A stretch of 64,000 nt of DNA from a virus (lineage: Duplodnaviria > Caudoviricetes), in IMG/VR virus record IMGVR_UViG_3300030330_006619, positions 64,001 to 128,000 of that record. The stretch is one strand, 5' to 3'. Below are positions 50,158 through 57,507 of the stretch, piece by piece; the stretch's first letter is position 1; each line of letters starts with the position of its first letter. Both the position numbers and the translations under genes were made by a program. Below the pieces are notes generated by a model. It saw only the letters and a program-made list of their open reading frames with translations, was not told where the DNA came from and did no database searches.

Positions 50158-52182
50158 ATGGCACAGAAAAAAAATAAAAACAACACAAGAAATCCACAAA
50201 GTTTACTCTTCAGGAGATTAACAAAATTATTATCGGGCCCGCTGACCCAATATAGGACACAGAACAATCATAGACTACGAAGGATAGAGTTAGATAAATA
50301 CGCCAGCAGATTCACGTCAGCTTCAGGTAGAGACTTCAAAAAAACGGCATATAATCCATACGACAATCTGCAAAGCAGTTATATGACCAGTCAACAAAGA
50401 ATAGAAAGATATGTTGACTTCGATCAAATGGAGTACACACCAGAGATTGCCTCCGCTTTAGACATTTATGCGGACGAAATGACAACTTATTCTTCGATAA
50501 CTCCAATGCTTAGAGTTGAATGTGATAACGAGGAGATAAAGGCAATATTGGAAACTTTATATTCCAGTGTCTTAAATATAGAACACAACCTTTTTTCTTG
50601 GTGCAGGTCCATGTGTAAATATGGAGATTTCTTTTTGTATCTTGATATTGATGACATGTTAGGGATCACCTCTGTTATTGGGCTGCCTTCTTCCGAAGTA
50701 GAGAGAATGGAAGGAGAAGACAAGCAAAACCCCAATTATGTTCAATATCAGTGGAACACCGCCGGCCTAACTTTCGAAAACTGGCAAATCGGCCATTTTA
50801 GGATTTTGGGTCAAGATAGATACAACCCATATGGCACTTCGGTGCTTGAGCCAGCCCGACGAATCTGGAGACAGCTAACTCTTTTAGAGGATGCTATGAT
50901 GGCTTATCGGATAGTTAGATCACCTGAGCGTAGAGCTTTCTATATTGATGTAGGGTCTATACCCCCGCAGGATATAGAACAGTACATGCAGAAAGTCATG
51001 ACCCAGATGAAAAGAAATCAGGTAGTGGACCCCGAAACCGGCAGAGTGGACCTAAGGTATAACCCCTTATCAATAGAGGAGGACTACTTTATTCCAGTCA
51101 GAGGAGGCACAAGCGCTACAAAGATTGAATCAGTAGCTGGAGGCAAGTACACAGGAGATATAGATGACGTCAAGTATCTAAGAGATAAACTATTTTCAGC
51201 ACTAAAAATACCATCAGCCTATATTTCTTCAGATGCTGACAAAGCACAAGAAGATAAAACAACTTTAGCTCAAAAAGATATAAGGTTTTCCAGAACCATT
51301 CAGAGATTACAAAGATCTATAATAACAGAATTAGAAAAAATAGGCATTATCCACTTGTACACCTTGGGATATAGAGAGGAAGACTTAGTTGGCTTCACTT
51401 GTCATCTTAACAATCCTTCTAAAATTGCAGAAATGCAAGAACTTGAACATTGGAAAACTAAGTTTGATATAGTTGGAGCAGCTACAGAAGGATTCTTTTC
51501 AAAGCATTGGCTAGCCAGCAGATTATTTGGAATGTCAGATGACGAATTTGTGAGAAACAGAAGAGAGCTTTTCTACGATAAGAGATTTGAAGCAGCCCTT
51601 GAAACTGCTGGTGAATTAGAACAAGCAGAGGCAACAGCTGCCATCGACGCCGGCGTAGACGCAGGCCCCACCGCGTTGGACACAACCCCCGGTGGGACGG
51701 GAACCATTGGAGCAGAACCGGAAATCGGCGCAGGTCCCGACTTGGGAGCCCCAGCAGGCGCCGCCCCAGATGCAGCAGCTCCCGAACCAGATGCCGGAGG
51801 CGGTGGTGGAGACGATGGAGCTTTACTGGCAACACCACCAGGTAAAAGAGAAGATAGCAAAGGCAGGACTACAACTGCAAAGTCTCATGGATGGTATGAG
51901 CCAAGATCCAACTTCGCATCGGGAGATAGAAGAAAAACTTCCGGCCCGCGTAAGAAGAATATGAATAGAGCTGCAACACCAGAGACGGGAACTAAGAGAA
52001 AGGTTTTCCCTGGTTCCAGCGAGTTGTCGAAGCTTGTTCGATCAACGGGCATTTATGAGCAGGAAGAAACTAATTACAAAGTAGAAGAAAAAAAGATTCT
52101 CAAAAATCAAAAGGATCTGAAGACATTATTTGAGAGTTTGCAACTAAGGAGCAAAAATAAAGATGAGACTGAAGCACAATAA
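50158..52182 (+). CDS. Portal protein (T4 gp20-like)
   Basis: PEIASALDIYADE, QLTLLEDAMMAYRIVRSPERRAFYID, EDYFIPVRG, DIDDVKYLRDKLFSALKIP. Confidence 0.96.
   Translation: MAQKKNKNNTRNPQSLLFRRLTKLLSGPLTQYRTQNNHRLRRIELDKYASRFTSASGRDFKKTAYNPYDNLQSSYMTSQQRIERYVDFDQMEYTPEIASALDIYADEMTTYSSITPMLRVECDNEEIKAILETLYSSVLNIEHNLFSWCRSMCKYGDFFLYLDIDDMLGITSVIGLPSSEVERMEGEDKQNPNYVQYQWNTAGLTFENWQIGHFRILGQDRYNPYGTSVLEPARRIWRQLTLLEDAMMAYRIVRSPERRAFYIDVGSIPPQDIEQYMQKVMTQMKRNQVVDPETGRVDLRYNPLSIEEDYFIPVRGGTSATKIESVAGGKYTGDIDDVKYLRDKLFSALKIPSAYISSDADKAQEDKTTLAQKDIRFSRTIQRLQRSIITELEKIGIIHLYTLGYREEDLVGFTCHLNNPSKIAEMQELEHWKTKFDIVGAATEGFFSKHWLASRLFGMSDDEFVRNRRELFYDKRFEAALETAGELEQAEATAAIDAGVDAGPTALDTTPGGTGTIGAEPEIGAGPDLGAPAGAAPDAAAPEPDAGGGGGDDGALLATPPGKREDSKGRTTTAKSHGWYEPRSNFASGDRRKTSGPRKKNMNRAATPETGTKRKVFPGSSELSKLVRSTGIYEQEETNYKVEEKKILKNQKDLKTLFESLQLRSKNKDETEAQ
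52069..52076 (+). promoter_or_regulatory. Candidate late promoter motif ACTAATTA (in portal 3' end)
   Basis: About 90 nt before the ATG at 52163. Confidence 0.4.
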
Positions 52183-52984
52183 AAAAAGAAATACGGCCTT
52201 TGTTTATGAAGCACTAGTGAGAGAATTGACAGAATCAGTGGTCAAGAACAATAAAAATAAACAGAATAAGATCGTTTCAATTATAAAAGAGCATTTTACA
52301 CAGTCATCTGAACTGAAAAAAGAACTAGATCTATACAAGTCTATATATGAGAATAGACAATTAGAGAAAAATATAGCAGAGAAAATTGTATATGAAGTTA
52401 AACAGGAGCATGACAGTTTAGATAAAAGAGCACTGTTTAAGGAGCAATCAGCACTTATAAATAAAATAAACAAAACTCTGTCTCACAAAGTTTATAATAA
52501 TTTTGTGCCAAATTACAAAACGATAGCTTCAGTATATTCAATATTTCAGGATAAATTGCCCATAAAAGATAGGGTCCTACTGGAAGAAAATATTATAAAT
52601 CAAATGTCCTCCTCCACAGAATTAAAAGAAGAAGAGCAGAAGCCGATGGACTACATCATATATAACTCTTTTGTGTCCAACTTCAATAAAGAGTATGATA
52701 CAATTTTAACAGAAAACCAAAAGTGTTTGTTAAATAAATATATCTCTTCTTTCTCTGACAATGATTTGGACCTAAAAGTTTATCTTAATGAAGAAATTGG
52801 CCGAGTGAAAGAGGGCTTAAAGAAAGCAAAAAATATTCAAAAAGATGAGTTATTGATAGAAAAATTACAAGAGACTTATGATATAATAGATAACATTAAA
52901 GATAAGCAAATAGACACTAAAGTACTGGAGATGGTTCTAAATGCACAACAGCTATTAGACGTTATAGAAAAAAATGACAGTTAA
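52163..52984 (+). CDS. Helical head-cluster protein, possibly prohead core component
   Basis: KHNKKRNT N-terminus; lies between portal and protease, the position of T4 core genes. Confidence 0.5.
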   Translation: MRLKHNKKRNTAFVYEALVRELTESVVKNNKNKQNKIVSIIKEHFTQSSELKKELDLYKSIYENRQLEKNIAEKIVYEVKQEHDSLDKRALFKEQSALINKINKTLSHKVYNNFVPNYKTIASVYSIFQDKLPIKDRVLLEENIINQMSSSTELKEEEQKPMDYIIYNSFVSNFNKEYDTILTENQKCLLNKYISSFSDNDLDLKVYLNEEIGRVKEGLKKAKNIQKDELLIEKLQETYDIIDNIKDKQIDTKVLEMVLNAQQLLDVIEKNDS

Positions 52985-53522
52985 TTTAAAAATAAAGCTA
53001 GACCCAAGAGTTGAATTAAAAGTTAGAAGAACTCTTGATGGAAACATTTTAATCCTCGATCATGAAGACATTGATATTGTATTTATGCCTGAAAAAAATA
53101 AATGTGTAACTTTTCCAAAAGAATCAATGTCTGATAAAGTTTATGCCACACAAGATAGAATGTTTAGTTTTTTAACAAAAAAAGGAATAGTTAATAGCTC
53201 GACAATTCGCGGCGGTAATGTTTTCGGTGCATTAGAAGCAGAGATTTTAGAATCTTCTATCCCTGGCATCGACCGCGATCAGGCGTTCTTATATGTTGTC
53301 CATGAGTATATAGAACAAGAGAAGCCATACTTTAGGCAACATGAAAAATATAGTGATGATGTTCTAGATTCTCTTTTGGAACCTGGAGAAGAAGATTCAA
53401 CAGAACTTGGAGATGTCCCACAGGCCGACACAAAGGGCGGCATGCAAGCCCGCATGAGACCATATGGATACATGTACAATTACTCACTCGTCCGTGAGAA
53501 TGATGAAAGAGAGGGTGAGTGA
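52974..53522 (+). CDS. Hypothetical protein in the head cluster
   Basis: 182-aa ORF overlapping its neighbours; no family recognised. Confidence 0.6.
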   Translation: MTVNLKIKLDPRVELKVRRTLDGNILILDHEDIDIVFMPEKNKCVTFPKESMSDKVYATQDRMFSFLTKKGIVNSSTIRGGNVFGALEAEILESSIPGIDRDQAFLYVVHEYIEQEKPYFRQHEKYSDDVLDSLLEPGEEDSTELGDVPQADTKGGMQARMRPYGYMYNYSLVRENDEREGE

Positions 53523-53857
53523 ATTTTTTATGGTTTTCCATAATAGCCTATGGGATGACACAAATCATTGTATACGGAAAAATCTTTGAAAAGATAAGAC
53601 CAACTCAAGGGTGGTTAGGGCAGCTTTTGTCCTGCCCAATGTGCACTGGCTTTTGGGTTGGTGTTTTTTTATGGTGTGTAAAGGCACAAACTCAACTATT
53701 TATTTTTGATGATTCTTACGCAACGGCCTTTTTGTTGGGCTGCGCAGGATCGGCCACATCTTATATAGGTTGTACTATATTTGGTGATGACGGCTTGATG
53801 ATATTTAAAACAGTCAATATTTTTGACAAAAGGAGAAAAAATGAGACCATTAACTAA
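53519..53857 (+). CDS. DUF1360-like small membrane protein
   Basis: IFEKIR...LGQLLSCPMCTGFWVG pattern with hydrophobic helices. Confidence 0.7.
   Translation: MNFLWFSIIAYGMTQIIVYGKIFEKIRPTQGWLGQLLSCPMCTGFWVGVFLWCVKAQTQLFIFDDSYATAFLLGCAGSATSYIGCTIFGDDGLMIFKTVNIFDKRRKNETIN
53695..53702 (+). promoter_or_regulatory. Candidate late promoter motif ACTATTTA (intragenic)
   Basis: About 140 nt before the small ORF at 53841. Confidence 0.35.
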
Positions 53858-53906
53858 AATAAGGTGGATGATACGCCCAGTTGCTAATTGTTGCAAAGGT
53901 TCGTAG
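53841..53906 (+). CDS. Unannotated 21-aa peptide MRPLTKIRWMIRPVANCCKGS
   Basis: Strong SD AAAGGAG 5 nt before ATG 53841; ends TAG at 53904-53906; below the ORF-track size cutoff. Confidence 0.6.
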   Translation: MRPLTKIRWMIRPVANCCKGS

Positions 53907-53911
53907 ATGAC

Positions 53912-53926
53912 GCGGGTCGCCCCCGC
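53912..53926 (+). promoter_or_regulatory. GC hairpin GCGGG-TCGCC-CCCGC between the peptide and the protease gene
   Basis: Perfect 5-bp all-GC stem in AT-rich DNA, with no U-tract. Confidence 0.55.
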
Positions 53927-53945
53927 AATAATAAGAGAGGTAATT

Positions 53946-54551
53946 ATGAAATTATTAAGAGAATATTTTGAACTTTGTGATGGTGGTATATGCCAAGATT
54001 TGCTGACAGAAGATGAAAAGCGCCGGGTTGCTAACGGAGCATGTATTTTGTCAGGTGTAATGCAAATGTCCGAAACACAAAACGGAAACGGCCGCGTTTA
54101 CCCTCATGCCATTCTAGAAAGAGAAGTGAAAAATTATCTCACTATGGTAAAAGAAAGAAGGGCCCTAGGAGAACTCGACCACCCAGATACTAGTGTGATT
54201 AATTTAGCTAATGCATCACACCTTGTAACGGATATTTGGATGGAGGACAACAAATGCATTGGTAAGATAGAGGTTCTTAACACACCGTCAGGAAAGGTAT
54301 TGCAAGAACTAGTCAATGCAGGCGTTAAGTTAGGTATTTCTTCTAGAGGAATGGGTTCGGTTACAGAAAGAAATGGTGTGACCATGGTTGAGGATGACTT
54401 TCAGCTAATATGCTTTGATATGGTTTCAGACCCTTCTACGCCTGGAGCATTCATGATGACAGAAGTAAAGCAGCAGCCAAATATCTTTACAGATAAAGAT
54501 ATTGTATCCCGGGCTTTAAATAATTTTATATATAAGTTTGGTGAAAAATGA
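53946..54551 (+). CDS. Prohead maturation protease (T4 gp21-like)
   Basis: NGNGRVYP, ALGELDHP, ASH, GISSRGMGS, FDMVSDPS; SD GAGAGG before ATG at 53946. Confidence 0.95.
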   Translation: MKLLREYFELCDGGICQDLLTEDEKRRVANGACILSGVMQMSETQNGNGRVYPHAILEREVKNYLTMVKERRALGELDHPDTSVINLANASHLVTDIWMEDNKCIGKIEVLNTPSGKVLQELVNAGVKLGISSRGMGSVTERNGVTMVEDDFQLICFDMVSDPSTPGAFMMTEVKQQPNIFTDKDIVSRALNNFIYKFGEK

Positions 54552-54964
54552 AAAAGTCTGAATTAAAGTCAATTATAAAAGAGTGTGTAAAGGAGGTCTT
54601 ATTTGATGAAGGGGTCCTGTCAAACTTAGTTGCCGAAGTTGCCTTTGGAATAACTAAAGCACAGAATCAAATTTTAGAGTCACAAAAACAGGAAACTATA
54701 AGCCCAACACCAGTTCACAAACCTAATTTGGAAAAGATCGAAGAAGAAAAGAGAAAAAAGATCCTTGAAGTGAAAAGAAGGATGCTCGATGCGATGGGCA
54801 GCGAAAGAATGAAAGGGGCGTTTGAAGGTACGGAGCCGTTGAGAGAATCCCAGGGCCAAGCTTCAGTGCACTCTCCTCTCTCCGGTCGCGACCCTAGTGA
54901 CGCAGGGATTGATATAACAGGAATATTTAACTTAGCCGGCCACAGATGGCAAAATTTAAAGTAA
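54548..54964 (+). CDS. Protein with N-terminal KKSELKSIIKECVKE motif (possible core/internal protein)
   Basis: ATGA overlap with the protease gene; N-terminal motif shared with 42762 and 42932. Confidence 0.6.
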   Translation: MKKSELKSIIKECVKEVLFDEGVLSNLVAEVAFGITKAQNQILESQKQETISPTPVHKPNLEKIEEEKRKKILEVKRRMLDAMGSERMKGAFEGTEPLRESQGQASVHSPLSGRDPSDAGIDITGIFNLAGHRWQNLK

Positions 54965-54979
54965 AAGAAAGGAATAAAC

Positions 54980-55216
54980 ATGGGCAGAAGAACACCAGTA
55001 CACGTAGAAGTTAAGATTTATGACCAGTCGCAGGTCGAAAGGATGATAAAGAAATTTACTAGAAAATGTAAAAAGTCGGGACTCTTTGAGGAACTAAAAG
55101 AAAGAAGGTATTTCAAGAAGAAGTCCATAAAAAACAAAGAAAAGAGAGAAAGAAAAAGAAAACTTTCCCAGAAATCGACACAAGATTACAAGGATAAATT
55201 CGATAAACTAAAGTAA
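54980..55216 (+). CDS. rpsU: Phage-encoded 30S ribosomal protein bS21
   Basis: VEV...VERMIKKFTRKCKKSGLFEELKERRYFKKKS matches the bS21 pattern (ExAL++FK+KxxKxGxxxEx++RxxYxKPS); 78 aa, very basic. Confidence 0.85.
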   Translation: MGRRTPVHVEVKIYDQSQVERMIKKFTRKCKKSGLFEELKERRYFKKKSIKNKEKRERKRKLSQKSTQDYKDKFDKLK

Positions 55217-55226
55217 GAGTAAAGTT

Positions 55227-56453
55227 ATGCCGTACAAGAGAGTAAATTCAAAATCAATTAAATTCGGCCCGAATGGAGATAAGGTTGTAATAGGTGATGT
55301 TTCTGACTTTACTTTTACAGACAATGCAGGAACAGATAAGCCATTTTCCGTATCATCTTGGGTTTTCATCAGAGACGTTAGCCTCGTATCCGGCGCATTT
55401 TTCTCAAAAAGACACAAAGCGAATCTTGAGGGTGAGTATTACTTTGGTCACGAAGGTGGGAAAATAATTGCAGTACTTTATGCAGATCCAGCCCAAAATG
55501 GCATCGGCGCGTTTAATACAATGAATCGCATCTATTTTGCTAAAAACGCATTCGTAGGAGGTTTACAAGATGAAACCTGGCATAATATAACAGTGACCTA
55601 CAGCGGAAACAAATCACATACTGGAGTGAACATATACTTGGACGGAACAGCGCTGGTTCCTGATTCAGCTACAACCAACAATTACAACGGAATGGGGAAT
55701 GAGGCAGCACCAGTTACCATTGGTGGCACTGATGACCCCGACACTAACGTTTTTGAAGATTTTATCGCAGATACAATGGTTTTTAACAAAGAACTCACAG
55801 CAACTGAGGTGCAAGAGGTATATAATCAAGGAAAAGTTAAAGATATGACGCAGTTTACTGCATATTCCAATCTCTTATCTTGGTATAAGATGGGAGATGA
55901 CCTCGACACCCCAGACTCTGGAGGCATAAGAGATTATGTGGGCTCTAATCATGGAACTTTAGCTGGCTCTGCCTATATCGCGGCCAGTCCAGAACTTGGA
56001 ACGGATCAACTCCCCGTCGCGAACCACCACCTTTACACTACCCATGGCAGAACAAGACAGATTAAGAATGCCGCAGGTGCCTTTGGTTCTGCTATACCGC
56101 TCACCACTGATCTTCCATCCGCAGCAACTGATGGTTACGCAACAGAGAATCAAAGATACGCACACATAGTTATTAATACATTCCCTATTGACAGTGACAA
56201 TAACAAAACAGTAATCATTTGGGGCTACAATCACGCTTTTGGCAAGTGGGGGAAACTGACAAGACATGCATCAGGGTTTAAAAATATATATATAAACAAT
56301 AATATTTCACAATTCCAGCTACAGCATAGTCAAACTACTCGACCTTCCACAAGGTATGTTTTAGAAATAGCCGGAATAGATCGTATATACATACAAGATA
56401 CTGGCACTGGCCACCCCACAGATCAAGTTTTTTTGGGATTTAACACTTTTTAA
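55227..56453 (+). CDS. LamG domain fused to a C-terminal 'GRTRQ/TENQR' domain; possible head-surface protein
   Basis: FSVSSW...WHNITVTY...IYLDG...FNKELTATEV LamG motifs; C-terminal domain paralogous to the next two genes. Confidence 0.7.
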   Translation: MPYKRVNSKSIKFGPNGDKVVIGDVSDFTFTDNAGTDKPFSVSSWVFIRDVSLVSGAFFSKRHKANLEGEYYFGHEGGKIIAVLYADPAQNGIGAFNTMNRIYFAKNAFVGGLQDETWHNITVTYSGNKSHTGVNIYLDGTALVPDSATTNNYNGMGNEAAPVTIGGTDDPDTNVFEDFIADTMVFNKELTATEVQEVYNQGKVKDMTQFTAYSNLLSWYKMGDDLDTPDSGGIRDYVGSNHGTLAGSAYIAASPELGTDQLPVANHHLYTTHGRTRQIKNAAGAFGSAIPLTTDLPSAATDGYATENQRYAHIVINTFPIDSDNNKTVIIWGYNHAFGKWGKLTRHASGFKNIYINNNISQFQLQHSQTTRPSTRYVLEIAGIDRIYIQDTGTGHPTDQVFLGFNTF

Positions 56454-56460
56454 CTAATTA
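56453..56460 (+). promoter_or_regulatory. Candidate late promoter motif ACTAATTA
   Basis: Intergenic, before SD GGAG and ATG at 56477. Confidence 0.55.
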
Positions 56461-56476
56461 ATAATGGAGAAATAGA

Positions 56477-56896
56477 ATGTCAAATTTTCACACATACAGC
56501 AGCTGGGGTAGAACACGGCAACCAAAGAATGTAACAGGTAGAGACTCTACGTCTGAAGCAGCGACTTTAGATGCTGCCCCAGCCGGCAATGCAGCAGCTG
56601 ATATCGCGAGTAGTTTTACAACAGAAAACCAAAGATTTTTGCACTTATTATTGGACACAGATACGTCTGGAGAAAACAAAACAATTACAGTTTATGGATT
56701 TTCTTATGCCTTCGCCCGCTGGGCGCCACTTAAAGACGTCCGTGGTAATGCGGTTACAATCTCGGCTGACGATACAAGCACATATCAGATTTTTGAAATT
56801 CATGGAGTTGATAGAGTTTGCTTCCTCGCTGGTGGAACTGACGCGGGTCAATTAGCCGCCAACGACTTTTTCTTCGCCGCAACATCAACGTTTTAA
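56477..56896 (+). CDS. 'GRTRQ/TENQR' family protein, paralogue 2
   Basis: YSSWGRTRQPKN, TENQRFLHL, AFARW, EIHGVDRV, C-terminal STF. Confidence 0.75.
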   Translation: MSNFHTYSSWGRTRQPKNVTGRDSTSEAATLDAAPAGNAAADIASSFTTENQRFLHLLLDTDTSGENKTITVYGFSYAFARWAPLKDVRGNAVTISADDTSTYQIFEIHGVDRVCFLAGGTDAGQLAANDFFFAATSTF

Positions 56897-56919
56897 GATG
56901 ATCATCATGGAGAGTGTTA

Positions 56920-57402
56920 ATGTCTTTTAAATATTCAAGCTTTGGAAGAACACGCCAACCTAAAAATTTATCTTTTGGAGAAAATTTAGTTGGCAATAGT
57001 AACTATATTATACCTTATGCCACTGCCCATGCTGGAGCCAGTGTTTTTGATATCGCCAATATAAGAAAAGATTATGGCCTTGCGACAGAAAACCAAAGGT
57101 ATCTACACCTTTTGATCGACAGCACAACTATTCCTGGTGTTACAAAAACAGCGTCAGTTGGTGTCTTGGGTTACATAAATGCTTTTGGAATCTGGGCGCA
57201 ACTAGTAAAACACGATCAGCCCTCAAATGAGCCGCAAAACTCAAACTCTTTCCCGGTCCTCCATACTGGAACCATCGATAATAATAGGCAGTATTTTGTT
57301 TATGATATCTTGGGAGTAGATAAGATTTTGTTTTATGCTGCAAACCCAAACGCTAGTGATGTAGATACGTGGCAATTAAGAGCTGCTTTCAGCACCTTCT
57401 AG
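56920..57402 (+). CDS. 'GRTRQ/TENQR' family protein, paralogue 3
   Basis: YSSFGRTRQPKN, TENQRYLHL, AFGIW, DILGVDKI, C-terminal STF; ATG at 56920 fits SD GGAG. Confidence 0.75.
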   Translation: MSFKYSSFGRTRQPKNLSFGENLVGNSNYIIPYATAHAGASVFDIANIRKDYGLATENQRYLHLLIDSTTIPGVTKTASVGVLGYINAFGIWAQLVKHDQPSNEPQNSNSFPVLHTGTIDNNRQYFVYDILGVDKILFYAANPNASDVDTWQLRAAFSTF

Positions 57403-57441
57403 AGGGTTAAAATTTTTTCCCTTCCTTTGCAGTGGTAAAAT

Positions 57442-57449
57442 ACTATTTA
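57442..57449 (+). promoter_or_regulatory. Candidate late promoter motif ACTATTTA
   Basis: Intergenic before scaffold and MCP; context TAAAATACTATTTATT is identical to that at 37261. Confidence 0.65.
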
Positions 57450-57507
57450 TTTAGAGACAAATACATTTGTTCGTGCATGAATCAAAAAACCGTTAGGAGT
57501 CAATAGA

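Noticed and set aside
43417-52182. Inteins or introns in SbcCD, terminase or portal
   Set aside because: Motif spacing is normal and I saw no splice-junction or homing endonuclease motifs
53912-53926. Hairpin as an intrinsic terminator or SECIS element
   Set aside because: No U-tract follows, and the preceding stop is UAG, not UGA
56040-57402. Paralogous repeats as a diversity-generating retroelement or CRISPR-like array
   Set aside because: Similarity is mainly at protein level with synonymous divergence; no reverse transcriptase, adenine-specific template/variable pair or regular spacers
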